Shown piece after piece: positions 48,120 through 58,330 of a stretch of DNA of 64,000 nt. A program made the translations under genes and the position numbers. The first letter of the stretch is position 1, and each line of letters begins with the position of its first letter. This stretch comes from Vulcanimicrobiota bacterium (GTDB lineage Bacteria; Vulcanimicrobiota; Xenobia; Xenobiales; JADMJV01): contig JBFWNU010000002.1 in the NCBI GenBank assembly GCA_050250895.1, forward strand, positions 535,659 through 599,658, read 5' to 3'. The notes beneath the pieces are model-generated. The model did not search any database and was not told the DNA's origin. It saw only the letters and a list, made by a program, of their open reading frames with translations.

Positions 48120-51100
48120 CAGGCGATAAACTTCGTGCCGAAGTCAGGCACCCCGTAGGGCTTCATGAATTCGTCTAGTTCTTTGACCATGGCTTGCATT
48201 TCCCCTGCCGATGGGTTTCCGCTCCATAAGGTCTTGCGGATGTCGAGCATCTTGGCCCGGAAGGCATCCATGGCTTCCATCTCTTGACCCTTCGGAAAAC
48301 GGACCTCGGGATAGGCTCGCTGGAAACGATCCAATCCGACATCCTTGATTTCGCCGATGTGAGCCATGTTATTTTCGATGTTCTCTATCCGAGCCAGCAT
48401 CAGGTCGGTCGGTCGGGCCTCGTGCCGATAAGAGTAAAGCCGATCATAGAACACGTCCTTGGCGATGCGGGAGCGGCCTTCTTTGTCGAGGACCTGCCGG
48501 ACGGGAGCGTTCTTGGTGGTCTGGCCCACATCGTCGGCGCCCCACGGGTTACGGATGTAGACAAAGTCGTCGTCGACCCGCTCGATGTTGACGGCGTGCA
48601 GGCCGCCGTCGGGGTCGCCCTTGAACCAGTCCAGGGTGGCATGGATAGGCTCTCCCCGTTCTTCGGCCTGGCGAACGAGTTGCTCGAAATCGGAGCGGTG
48701 CTTAGCCCCGTTCGAGTAGCCGTGGTCGACGATTTTTCGGCCTCCCACATCTTCGAGGATCTGGCGAGCGTGCTTGTCGGACAGACCACCGTAGTCGAGG
48801 CTGCCGTCGTCCTTGAGGTGGCCACCCACGCCACCCTTGGAGCCGGTGACGTTGTTGTCGTAGCGGCGGCTGACGTGGTCCATGGCGGTCGACTGATAGA
48901 TGCGGTCGGCGCTGCGCCGGGTGCTGTTGTCGGCGGCCACGCCCGATTCGTTGCGGTAGAAGCGCCTGCCGGTCTTGAGGGTGACCTCACCCGATTCTTC
49001 ACCCAGCCCGGTCATCACCCGCACATAGTCGGCCGGGTCAGACTTGGCGTGCACGTACTGGCAGCTGCTGCCCGAGCACGTGCCGCGATTGCCCTGACGA
49101 ATCGTGCCCGGCGTGGTCACCGTTTCGAGCACTTCGTCAAAGTACTGGCCGCGGTTGAGTGAGGCGATCAGGGGGGCGTTGTCGAGTTCGACCAGATTGT
49201 CGAGCAGCGTCTGCCCCCGATGGTCGAGCTGGTTCAGCTTGCCCTCGCGAGCCAGACGGGCCAGGTTGCCTTCGACCCGGTTCGGCTTGGCGGTGCCGAA
49301 GATGCCGTCGAAGAATCCGGCCTCGGGCTTGTGCTTGTTGGCCAGTTCCAGCACCTTGAGCTGCTGGTCGGGCGCCATTTCGCGGAACTTGTCGATGTTG
49401 CGAAAGCGGCCCAACATGGGCTGGTCGGCAAAGCCGGCCACCTGGTCGGCCACCGTTCGCACCGGGGGTAGGGGAGGCGGGACGGGAACGTCCTTGAGCA
49501 CCGGCGGTGGAGCCCCGCCGCCGTCGAGCATTCCTTTGAGCTTGCCCAGAGCTGCCTGGTCGAGTTCGCGCGACTTCTGCCACAAGGCTCGGGCCTGGCC
49601 GGTCAGGCCGCTGCCGTCACCGGTCTTGAAGGCCCCCTTGAGCTTGTCGAGAGCCTGGCCGTCGAGTTCACGGGCTTTGCCGAGCCAACCGTTGACGGTG
49701 TCGCCCATCTGGCCCAGACGACCCCCCTCGCCGCCTCCACCCAGCATGCCTTTCAGCTTGTCGAGAGCGGCCGCGTCCATCTCGCGCGATTTCTGCCACA
49801 GGGCTTTGGCCTGGCCGGTCAGGTTGCTACCGTCGCCGGTGCGAAAAGCTCCCTTGAGCTTGTCCAAGGCCTGGCCGTCGAGGGCTTTGGCCTTGTCAAC
49901 CCAGCCGCGCACGGTGTCGCCCATCTGGCCCAGACGACCTCCCTCGCCGCCGCCACCCAGCATTCCCTTGAGCTTGTCGAGCGCAGCCCCGTCCATCTCG
50001 CGTGACTTCTGCCACAGGGCCCTGGCCTGGCCGGTCAGGCCACTGCCGTCGCCACTCTTGAAGGCGCCTTTGAGCTGGTCTAAAGCGCGCCGGTCCAGGG
50101 CCGTCGCCTTGTCGAACCAGCCTTTGACGGTGTCGCCCATTTGGCCCAGTCGACCCCCCTCGCCGCCTCCACCCATCAGGCCTTTGAGCTTGTCCAGAGC
50201 GGCTCCGTCAAGTTCGCGCGACTTCTGCCACAGGGCCTTGGCCTGACCGGTCAGACCACTGCCGTCGCCGGTGCGAAAGGCTCCTTTGAGTTTGTCGAGA
50301 GCGGCTCCGTCCAATTCGCGGGCCCTGGCATACCAGTTCTTGGCGGTCTCGCCCAATTGGCCCATGCGACCCTCGCCGCCCCCGCCCATCAAGCCCTTGA
50401 CTTTGTCGAAGGCCGCGTGATCGAGGTCGCGCGACTTTTGCCACAAGCCCTTGAGCTTGTCCAGAGCCGCGTGGTCGAGTTCGCGCGACTTCTGCCACAG
50501 AGCCTTGGCGTGTCCGGTCAAGCCGGTGCCATCGCCCGAATTTAGGGCTCGGCGCAAGGCCTGGCGGCTACCCGCGTCGAGTTCGCGAATCTGGCCCCAG
50601 ACCACCCTGGCTTTTTCGCCAGCCCGGCTGGCCAGATCGCCGCCCATCTCCATGGCCCTGCGTCCGCCGGCTGCCATCTTATCCCAACCCTGGCGGGTGT
50701 TGCGTACCAGGGCCGGCGCTCCGCCGATGGCGGCAGCCATCCCGCCGCCGGCCACGGCGCCAAGACTGGCCCCCATGCCGGTGGCCATACCGACCCGTTG
50801 CAGGCCGGCGCCAAATCCGTTGTCCCAGGTCCCATCGCGCAAAGCCTCGGCCCCGCCGGCCGACATGGCTCCGCCGATCATACCGTCGACCGCTCCCTCG
50901 GTGGCCAGCATGGCCACCCGGCTGCCGGCTAGAGCCGACTCGCTGGCCCGCAATCCGGCCACGGCCGCTTTGCCCGCGCCCATGCCGGCCACGGTAGCCA
51001 GGCCATCCACGGCGCCGATGGCGGCGTCGGTGCCCATGTCGCCTACGCCGTAAGAGCCGCCTTTGACGGCCGCCGAGGCGACCACTCGCGTGCCGGCACC

Positions 51101-53137
51101 AGCGCCGGCGGCCAGCGCGGCCGCCACCAGGGGAGTGGCCGTGCCGGCGGTGCCTACCACCACGGCTACCGAGGCGGCTGTGGCGGCCACCGTGCCAATG
51201 GCTTCGCCAGCGCTATCCTCGGCCTTGCGATAGGTTTCGACATCGGCATCCGAGTAGCCGAGCAGCTGGTTGAGTCGCTGCTTTTCGAGCTGGGCGTCTT
51301 CGCTGCGGCCCTCGCGCAGGGCCTGCTGATAACGCTCGTACTGCTCGTTGGCCCGGTCGGTGTTGGCATCGAGCAGCTTACCCTTGTCGGTGAAGGTGTC
51401 CATGATGGCCCGACTGGCCAGGTTGGAAAGCCCCTTGCGCTCATAGTCACGCCGCTCGTTGGCCTGCTCGAGCGCTTCTTCCACCGACTCGGCCTTGCCC
51501 TTGAGGGCCATGGTTGCGTCGAACTCGTCGCGGCCCGACAGTTCGCCTTTGAGGTCTTTGTCTAAATCGCGACCGGTCTCGGCCTGGTAATCTTGGCGCA
51601 GAGCTGCGATCTCGTCTTTAGTCTTGCCTTCAAGGACCTTCTTGATGGCCTCCTCATCGGTGCCCCAGCCGTCCATGGCGTATTTGAGCTTGGCCGCGTC
51701 GCTGACGTCGCCCTCACTCAGCAAACGGTTGGCCTTCTCGAGGTCGTTGCCGCCCATTTCGTCTTTGAAAGCGTCCTTGAGGTCAACCTTGTATTTGTCC
51801 TTATAGGCCGCCAGGATGGCGTCGCGCTCTTCTTTTGACTTGCCTTCGAGGGTCTGGAAGATCTCCTTTTCGTTGGTTCCCCAGCCGTCCATGGCATCGT
51901 GCAGCCGGGCGGCGTCCGCCTCGGCGGTCTTGCCGTCGAGCAGGCCTTCGGCCCGGGCGCGCTCGTCCTGGTTGAGTCGCTCTCCCATGCGCGAGCGCAG
52001 GGAATGACCCGTCAACTTCTGGTACTCGTCCTCGATGGCCGCCCGTTCTTCCTTGCTCTTGCCTTCGAGGGTCTTGTAGACGGCCTCTTCGTCGTCGCCG
52101 AAGATTCCCGACATGGCGTCCTGCAGTTTGGCCGCATCGGCTTTGGCGTCGTCGCCTTCGAGCAAGGAGAGAGCTTGACTCTGCTCGTTCTTGTTGAACC
52201 GTTCCTTGATGCGTTTGTCGAGGTCTTTACCGGTGAGCTTCTTATACTCTTCTTTGATTTCGGCACGTTGCTCGGCGGTCTTGCCTTTGAGGGTCTCGTA
52301 GACGGCCTCTTCGTCGTCGGTCAACCCGCTCATGGCGTCGCGGATCTTCATGGCGTCGGCCTTGGTGTCGTCGCCCTTCATGAGCGACTCGGCCCGTTGA
52401 AAGTCCTTGGTGCCGAGCTCTTCCTTGAGGTCTTTCATCAGGTCGCGGCCGTAGTGGTCGCGATAGTTCTCTTTGAGGGCCTTCATCTCTTCGGGCGACT
52501 TGCCCTTGAGGGCCTTGAAAACGGCGTCTTCGTCGGTACCCCAGCCGGTCAGGCCGCCTTTCATCGCCTCGTAGAGGTCGGTGGCGTCCCTGGTCGGGTT
52601 GTAGTTGGCCGTCTGCGTCTTGGGGTGGTCCTTGGGGGAAACGGTCTGCGGCCGCGGGGCCGGCGGTCCCTGGCGCTGTTCCTGGGGTTGGCGTTGCTCT
52701 TGCGGTTGGGGACGGGTGGGGCGTTCTTGAACCTGAGGACGTTGCCACTGCTGGGGCGGCACCCAGGGGCCAAAGAACTCTTCGTCGGGACTCTGCGGAT
52801 AAAATCCGCCGGGCATGCCGGGTTGGCCCTGCGGTTGCTGGCCTCGGGGCGGCTGGAAGAAGTAAGGAAGATCGTTGAAGGGTTGATAGAACCCGGTCTG
52901 GCCGTGGCAGGGGCATTGCCATCCCCCCTGGGCCATGCCGCTCTGCATGAAGTTCATCAGCATCTGCGAGAGCATCATGGCGTTGAAGTCGAAACCGAAA
53001 CAGGGCCCCATGGGAGGCGCGAACATGGGCGGACCCAGCAGCATCGAGGCTCCCTGATTGATTCCGCCATTCCAAGAACAGCCGCCCGCCGGACCGGCGT
53101 AGAAATTGAAATTAAGGCCGCCAGTGACCTGTTGCAT
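48119..53137 (-). CDS. 1672-aa protein: annexin repeats, hydrophobic region, 72-aa repeats, papain-like Cys peptidase
   Basis: Five AMxG(W)GTDE-type annexin repeats; QGNRGTC...LHAVN...IRNPWG triad. Confidence 0.85.
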   Translation of the reverse strand: MQQVTGGLNFNFYAGPAGGCSWNGGINQGASMLLGPPMFAPPMGPCFGFDFNAMMLSQMLMNFMQSGMAQGGWQCPCHGQTGFYQPFNDLPYFFQPPRGQQPQGQPGMPGGFYPQSPDEEFFGPWVPPQQWQRPQVQERPTRPQPQEQRQPQEQRQGPPAPRPQTVSPKDHPKTQTANYNPTRDATDLYEAMKGGLTGWGTDEDAVFKALKGKSPEEMKALKENYRDHYGRDLMKDLKEELGTKDFQRAESLMKGDDTKADAMKIRDAMSGLTDDEEAVYETLKGKTAEQRAEIKEEYKKLTGKDLDKRIKERFNKNEQSQALSLLEGDDAKADAAKLQDAMSGIFGDDEEAVYKTLEGKSKEERAAIEDEYQKLTGHSLRSRMGERLNQDERARAEGLLDGKTAEADAARLHDAMDGWGTNEKEIFQTLEGKSKEERDAILAAYKDKYKVDLKDAFKDEMGGNDLEKANRLLSEGDVSDAAKLKYAMDGWGTDEEAIKKVLEGKTKDEIAALRQDYQAETGRDLDKDLKGELSGRDEFDATMALKGKAESVEEALEQANERRDYERKGLSNLASRAIMDTFTDKGKLLDANTDRANEQYERYQQALREGRSEDAQLEKQRLNQLLGYSDADVETYRKAEDSAGEAIGTVAATAASVAVVVGTAGTATPLVAAALAAGAGAGTRVVASAAVKGGSYGVGDMGTDAAIGAVDGLATVAGMGAGKAAVAGLRASESALAGSRVAMLATEGAVDGMIGGAMSAGGAEALRDGTWDNGFGAGLQRVGMATGMGASLGAVAGGGMAAAIGGAPALVRNTRQGWDKMAAGGRRAMEMGGDLASRAGEKARVVWGQIRELDAGSRQALRRALNSGDGTGLTGHAKALWQKSRELDHAALDKLKGLWQKSRDLDHAAFDKVKGLMGGGGEGRMGQLGETAKNWYARARELDGAALDKLKGAFRTGDGSGLTGQAKALWQKSRELDGAALDKLKGLMGGGGEGGRLGQMGDTVKGWFDKATALDRRALDQLKGAFKSGDGSGLTGQARALWQKSREMDGAALDKLKGMLGGGGEGGRLGQMGDTVRGWVDKAKALDGQALDKLKGAFRTGDGSNLTGQAKALWQKSREMDAAALDKLKGMLGGGGEGGRLGQMGDTVNGWLGKARELDGQALDKLKGAFKTGDGSGLTGQARALWQKSRELDQAALGKLKGMLDGGGAPPPVLKDVPVPPPLPPVRTVADQVAGFADQPMLGRFRNIDKFREMAPDQQLKVLELANKHKPEAGFFDGIFGTAKPNRVEGNLARLAREGKLNQLDHRGQTLLDNLVELDNAPLIASLNRGQYFDEVLETVTTPGTIRQGNRGTCSGSSCQYVHAKSDPADYVRVMTGLGEESGEVTLKTGRRFYRNESGVAADNSTRRSADRIYQSTAMDHVSRRYDNNVTGSKGGVGGHLKDDGSLDYGGLSDKHARQILEDVGGRKIVDHGYSNGAKHRSDFEQLVRQAEERGEPIHATLDWFKGDPDGGLHAVNIERVDDDFVYIRNPWGADDVGQTTKNAPVRQVLDKEGRSRIAKDVFYDRLYSYRHEARPTDLMLARIENIENNMAHIGEIKDVGLDRFQRAYPEVRFPKGQEMEAMDAFRAKMLDIRKTLWSGNPSAGEMQAMVKELDEFMKPYGVPDFGTKFIA
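49520..50600 (-). repeat. 216-bp (72-aa) intragenic tandem repeat, about 4-5 copies
   Basis: GTGTCGCCCAT recurs at 49698, 49914 and 50130. Confidence 0.9.
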
Positions 53138-53232
53138 GCACCCCTCCTACTTCACTCCTCCCCCTATCACGCGCTACCCCGCGCCGGTCAAGACAGTTTA
53201 GCAAAATCTTTTCAAAAATGTAAACAGATAGC

Positions 53233-53892
53233 TCAAGTCTGGCGCCGGCGCCTGAGCACGCCCCCCAGAATGCGGGCGAAGTCCTGCCGAGCGTCGCCTT
53301 CGGTGATACCCTGGTTGGTTCGGTGGATCCGGCGTCGCACCAGCACCTGGTCCACCATCGTCACCGTAGCTCCCGCCTCTTGAGCCCGGGCATACCAATC
53401 GATAAATTCGCCCACCTTCCAACCGGTGGCGAAGGGTCCCACCCGCTCGAATAGCCTGCGCCGCGCCAGCAGAGTAGAAGGCAGTTTGCCGGGCATCGGC
53501 TCGGTGCGCACTAAATAGGGATGGTTCGGATCGAGTTCTGGGCTCAAGAATTCCTCTACCAGGGTGAAGACCAGTTCGACCTCGGGCCCCAGACTGGACA
53601 GCTGCAGCTCGAGTTTGTCCGGCAGCCAGAGGTCGTCGGCGTCGAGAAAGGCTACCAGAGGATGGTGACTCAGTTCGAGGCCCCGATTCCTGGCCGCGGC
53701 CGCTCCCGATTGGGACTGGCAGTGATAGTGCACGGGGAATTGGGCCGCCACCTGGGCGGTGCCATCGGTCGAACCGTCGTCGATGACCCAGATGTCGTCA
53801 GGCCGATGGCTCTGCGCCAGCAGGCTGCTCAGGGCTTCGGCCAGATATCGCTCTCCGTTGTGCACGGGTAGGATGACGTCGATCTTACTCAA
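53233..53892 (-). CDS. GT2 glycosyltransferase
   Basis: VILPVHNGE, DDGSTD and FLDADD. Confidence 0.93.
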   Translation of the reverse strand: MSKIDVILPVHNGERYLAEALSSLLAQSHRPDDIWVIDDGSTDGTAQVAAQFPVHYHCQSQSGAAAARNRGLELSHHPLVAFLDADDLWLPDKLELQLSSLGPEVELVFTLVEEFLSPELDPNHPYLVRTEPMPGKLPSTLLARRRLFERVGPFATGWKVGEFIDWYARAQEAGATVTMVDQVLVRRRIHRTNQGITEGDARQDFARILGGVLRRRRQT

Positions 53893-54871
53893 GGAGTTCT
53901 CTCAGCTTCTCGGCGCCGCCCGCTCGCGTGGCAAGCTCCAGGCGGTAGCAAGGCAACCGGCGCGAGAGTCGAGCCAGAGCGGCAAAGGTCGCCTGGCTGT
54001 CTCCAGGCAGTTGGAAGACCGTGCTCGGGGCCAGAGCCAGCAGAGCTTGGGCGGGCGTTACCGGGGTGAGAACGTCCTTTTGGCCCAATTGCGGCATCAC
54101 GATGGCTCGCAGACCGAGTCCGTCCGCCAATCGGTGGCCCTGGGAGCGGGCCAGGAAGGTCACGGCTTTGGGCTCCTGGTCGGAATTCATCGGCTCAAAC
54201 CACGGAAAGTGAGGCAAATCGTGACGATGCAGCTTGGCGGAGCAATACAGACCGTGCACCAGTAGTTGCTCGATGTCGACCAGGCAATAATCCTCGCCCA
54301 CGAACTCGAGGCCCGCCTCGAGGCTGGCCAGGGCCAGATTGGATTTGCCCGAGCCGCCTCGACCGGGCAGCAAGACGGCCACCCCGGCCCGGCCCACCGC
54401 CGCCGCATGCAGCATGCACTTCGAGCGGCTGCCTAGCAGCCGACTAAAGATCACTCGAAAGGGCGCGGCCAGCTCGTAATAAGGAAGGCGTTCGGCGGCC
54501 GGAGCCCAGTAAAAACCGTGACCGGTTTCCAGGTCTATCATCCGCAGCAATTGTTCTTCCCCCTCGAACACGGTCAAGAACCGGGCATCCGACATGTCCT
54601 CGATCCGGGCGCGCGGCCCAAAGGACTGGGGCCTCCAAGGCGGCGAGGGCAGAGGCGCCTGGGCGCCGTGCCAGGCGAAGATAGTGAAGTCAGCCTGTGC
54701 GCCCCCGCTAGCATGGTGGGCCAGGGCCGGCAGGAGCTTTGCGGTGAGGGGCTCGGCCAGAGCCAGTTCGACGGTCAGGTTGGCGATGACCAGGCGATGA
54801 CGGGTCAGGGCCAGCTCGGCCAGCACCTCACGACAATCTTCGGCGAACCGTTCGGCCAGACTGACTACCAA
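53885..54871 (-). CDS. HPr-kinase-related P-loop kinase
   Basis: LHAAAV, GRGGSGKS and VGEDY. Confidence 0.85.
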   Translation of the reverse strand: MVVSLAERFAEDCREVLAELALTRHRLVIANLTVELALAEPLTAKLLPALAHHASGGAQADFTIFAWHGAQAPLPSPPWRPQSFGPRARIEDMSDARFLTVFEGEEQLLRMIDLETGHGFYWAPAAERLPYYELAAPFRVIFSRLLGSRSKCMLHAAAVGRAGVAVLLPGRGGSGKSNLALASLEAGLEFVGEDYCLVDIEQLLVHGLYCSAKLHRHDLPHFPWFEPMNSDQEPKAVTFLARSQGHRLADGLGLRAIVMPQLGQKDVLTPVTPAQALLALAPSTVFQLPGDSQATFAALARLSRRLPCYRLELATRAGGAEKLRELLE

Positions 54872-55767
54872 CGGCTGACCACCCGTCGCCAGAGATACCC
54901 GGGCAAGCCCACCAGGATATCAGCCCAACGACTCGGACAGCCGCGCAGGTACTCGCGCACGAACCCCAGCCTGAATCGCACGGCCCATTCCCCCAGTTGC
55001 TCGAAGAGATCCGGGTCGAGGGAGAGCGGCGGGTTACAGGACCAGGGGGCCAGCCTCTGCAGACCGGTCCGCACCTGGCTGGCCACCCGGCGCCGCCGCG
55101 CTTCGCAGGCCAGCAGCTCCCAGTCAATCGGGTGGCGGCGGTTCAGTTGCACCGCATCCACTCCCCACCAGGGCTCTTCCTGGCGCACCAGACTGAGCAG
55201 CAGGGCATCGCTGGGGCATGGCCGCCACAGCGGCCGGCCCAGCCAATGAAAGCTCTCGGCTCGCTCGAGCAAGCCCCGGTCGGCCTCGCTCCACCGGCAT
55301 TCAGTGAGTGCGTGCCAGCGCAGCACGAGCGGCGTTTGGCCCCGTTGATAAAGACAGCTCGAGCCTTCCTCGGGGCGGGCCACCGGCGGGCCGCCGCTCC
55401 AACCTCGTTGCTCGAGCAAGCGAGCGCAATGCCAGCGTTGCTCGGGTGTTATCAACACCGAGAGATAGAGACAGGGCCGCCAGGACTCGTCGGAATAGGC
55501 CTGGGTCATCAGGGCCGCGTCTCCGGTCGCCAGCCAGCGCACCGCGGCGAACAGCTCGGCGACCTCTTCGAGGTCTTGCTTGACCAGTTGGGTTCGGGTG
55601 AAATAGTAGCGGCGCAAGCCCGTTAGGCGCGGATGCTCGTGTTGTTCGCGAATGGCCAGCATGGGCAAAAGGGAATGCAGGCGTGGGTCGAGTTCGTCGA
55701 GCCAATCGAGAGGACCGGGTTGCGCCGGCCCGAGCAGTCTATGCCAGAGGGTTTCGAGCTCACTCAC
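54865..55767 (-). CDS. Nucleotidyltransferase-5-like protein (degenerate)
   Basis: Paralog of 58327-59349, but KG becomes TG and RPMSDID becomes RPCLYLS. Confidence 0.7.
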   Translation of the reverse strand: MSELETLWHRLLGPAQPGPLDWLDELDPRLHSLLPMLAIREQHEHPRLTGLRRYYFTRTQLVKQDLEEVAELFAAVRWLATGDAALMTQAYSDESWRPCLYLSVLITPEQRWHCARLLEQRGWSGGPPVARPEEGSSCLYQRGQTPLVLRWHALTECRWSEADRGLLERAESFHWLGRPLWRPCPSDALLLSLVRQEEPWWGVDAVQLNRRHPIDWELLACEARRRRVASQVRTGLQRLAPWSCNPPLSLDPDLFEQLGEWAVRFRLGFVREYLRGCPSRWADILVGLPGYLWRRVVSRW

Positions 55768-56494
55768 CGACGTGACGCTCTTCCAAGAACCGTCGCACCT
55801 CGGCGTCCTGGGCGACCAGGCTCAACCTGGGTAAGGATTCGGCTTTGCCCCGACGGCGGCGACGGTCGAGCGAGTGCTTCAAGGCGCGAGCCAGATGCTG
55901 CCCGCTGAGATAAGAGTCGGCCGTCATGTTGTCGGGATGACGTCGATAGTGCAGGGCGATCCGGCTAGAGATCTCGAAGCGCCGCCCTTGCTCGCGGATT
56001 CGCATGAACCAGTCGACATCTTCGGACATGGGCAGCTCCTCGTCGATGAGCCCCACTGCCTCGAAGAGGCTTCGCCGGCACACAGCCGCCCCGAATTGAA
56101 AACCGACCACCGGCTCGCTAAACTGCTTGAGCCCTTCCCATCGAATGCGGCCCAGCACCAACTCGAGGGTAGGGTCGGCCAGCAGCCGGCCCACCTGCCA
56201 GTCGAGCTTGCCAGGGGGCCACAGGTCGTCATCGTCGATAAAAGCGACCAACTCGCCCGACGAGGCTTTAATGCCACGATTGCGGGCGGCCGAGGGCCCC
56301 TGATTGGCCTGGCTCAAGTAGACCACCTGGGGACAAGCCTCGGCCACCTGCCGGGTGTCATCGGTCGAACCGTCGTCGACCACCACGATCTCCAGGGGAT
56401 GATAGTTTTGAGCCAGCACGGATTCCAGCGCCTGGGCAAGAGTCGCCTCGCCGTTAAAGACAGGCACAATCACGCTTAAGCTCGGTCCGGTCAC
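55760..56494 (-). CDS. GT2 glycosyltransferase
   Basis: VIVPVFNGE, DDGSTD and FIDDDD. Confidence 0.93.
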   Translation of the reverse strand: MTGPSLSVIVPVFNGEATLAQALESVLAQNYHPLEIVVVDDGSTDDTRQVAEACPQVVYLSQANQGPSAARNRGIKASSGELVAFIDDDDLWPPGKLDWQVGRLLADPTLELVLGRIRWEGLKQFSEPVVGFQFGAAVCRRSLFEAVGLIDEELPMSEDVDWFMRIREQGRRFEISSRIALHYRRHPDNMTADSYLSGQHLARALKHSLDRRRRRGKAESLPRLSLVAQDAEVRRFLEERHVGE

Positions 56495-56548
56495 GGCGCG
56501 TTTATTCGTTGGGAGGCATCCCGGAACCCTGGTAGAAGGTCCCCTTTT

Positions 56549-58330
56549 TTGGGCGCAGAACCTTTGACCGTGCGGCGTTACCTGGCCACTCTGCTAGAGC
56601 CCGGTTCGGCTCGAGGGTTGTTCGGGCTGTTGGTGCTGACCGTCTTCACCTCGGTGCTCGAACTGGTCAGTCTGGGGGCCGTTTTGCCCTTTATGGGTCT
56701 GGTAGTCCAGCCCGACCTGCTGTCCAAGTTTCCGACCCTCGAGGACTTCCTGGCTCGCCACCAGTTGAGTCACCACGAGCTGTTGGTGGCGGTCGGTTCG
56801 GGCATGGTGGTAGCCGTCATCTTGACCAACATCATGGCGGTGGTGATGGCCAACCGGGCCCAGCGGTTCACCGCCGACCTGCATCTGAGGCTGGTCACTC
56901 GTTTGTTGCAGGGGTTCCTGAGCCAACCCTACAGCTGGTTTCTCAACCGCAATACAGCCGAATTGGCTCGCCACGTCGAGGCTGTCGAAGCGGTGACCCG
57001 GGGGGTCTTCGAACCGGCCCTGCGGCTGGCCACCCGGGTCGGCAGCATGGTGCTGGTGATGTTGATGCTGCTACTTTACGATCCGTTGCTGTTGCTTTTG
57101 ATGGGGTTGGTGCTGGGCGGTCTCTACGCCGGCGCCTATGTTTATTGCCGTCACCGGGTGCAGGCCCTGGGTCAGCAGACCTGGGCCGCCCAACGCGAAG
57201 TCAAGCTGGCCACTCACCGGGCCCTCGAAAGCGCGCGAGAAGCGCGGCTTGGGGGCTTCGAAGAGTTCTTCGTAGGGCGCGTGTTGGACCCGGTGGAGCG
57301 AGTTCAAACCATGGGTGTGGTGCGCTCGACCCTGGAAGCCGTGGCTACCTATCTGACTCGCACGATGGTGATTCTTGGTTTCTTGCTGACCACGCTCTAT
57401 CTGGTCGTCCGCTATCCCGCGCCCGAGCACGTCATTCCTTTGTTGGGGCTCTACGCCCTGGCCGGTTACCGTCTGATGCCGACCCTGCAGTTGGCCTTTC
57501 AGAGCTTCACGCTAATTCGTTCGAACCTGACGGTGACGCGGGTGCTGGCTGAGGACCTGGAACAATCGCCGCCCCAGGTCGGGGGTCCGCAGTTGGCCGG
57601 ACTGGCTTTGACCGAGGGGGTCGCCCTCGAAGAGGTGGTCTTTGGCTACGGAGAGGAACCTTGGCTGGATGTCTCGTTGCGCATCCAGGCCGGCACCCGG
57701 GTCGGTCTGGTGGGGCCTACCGGCGCCGGAAAATCCACCCTGGTGGCTCTGCTGTGCGGTCTGCTCACGCCCACCCGGGGTCGACTCCTCCACGACGGAG
57801 AGCCTCTCGAAGGGCAGCGGCTGCGGCGCTATCAAAAGAGCATCGGGTTGGTTCCTCAACATATCTATCTGCTCGACGACACCCTGGCTCGCAATATCGC
57901 CTTTGGGGTGGCCGACCACGAGATCGACGAGCAGCGGTTGTGGGAAGTGCTGGCTCTCACTCAACTCGAGGAATTCGTGCGCACCCTACCCGATGGGTTG
58001 CACACCTCCCTGGGTGAGCGAGGGGTGCGCTTTTCGGGGGGGCAGCGCCAACGCGTGGGGATCGCCCGGGCCCTGTACCCAAAACCGCAGATTCTGATTT
58101 TCGACGAGGCTACGAGCAGTCTCGACCACCGCACCGAAGGGCAGGTCACTTCGGCCATGGCGCGGGCCACCCGCGACTGCACGGCGGTGGTGGTGGCCCA
58201 TCGTCTGGCCACGGTCAAGGATTGCGACCTCATTCATGTCATCGAGAACGGTCGCCTGACCGCCTCGGGAACCTATGCCGAGTTGGCCGATCGCTCGCAA
58301 GCTTTTCGAGAGATGGCCGGGTTGGCATGA
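56549..58330 (+). CDS. ABC exporter (TMD+NBD)
   Basis: TM helices, GPTGAGKS, FSGGQRQR and FDEATS. Confidence 0.95.
   Translation: MGAEPLTVRRYLATLLEPGSARGLFGLLVLTVFTSVLELVSLGAVLPFMGLVVQPDLLSKFPTLEDFLARHQLSHHELLVAVGSGMVVAVILTNIMAVVMANRAQRFTADLHLRLVTRLLQGFLSQPYSWFLNRNTAELARHVEAVEAVTRGVFEPALRLATRVGSMVLVMLMLLLYDPLLLLLMGLVLGGLYAGAYVYCRHRVQALGQQTWAAQREVKLATHRALESAREARLGGFEEFFVGRVLDPVERVQTMGVVRSTLEAVATYLTRTMVILGFLLTTLYLVVRYPAPEHVIPLLGLYALAGYRLMPTLQLAFQSFTLIRSNLTVTRVLAEDLEQSPPQVGGPQLAGLALTEGVALEEVVFGYGEEPWLDVSLRIQAGTRVGLVGPTGAGKSTLVALLCGLLTPTRGRLLHDGEPLEGQRLRRYQKSIGLVPQHIYLLDDTLARNIAFGVADHEIDEQRLWEVLALTQLEEFVRTLPDGLHTSLGERGVRFSGGQRQRVGIARALYPKPQILIFDEATSSLDHRTEGQVTSAMARATRDCTAVVVAHRLATVKDCDLIHVIENGRLTASGTYAELADRSQAFREMAGLA

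Noticed and set aside
3921-53230. Sigma-28 promoters before the effector-like genes
   Set aside because: No TAAA-N15-GCCGATAA match was seen. The -10 elements are sigma-70 type.
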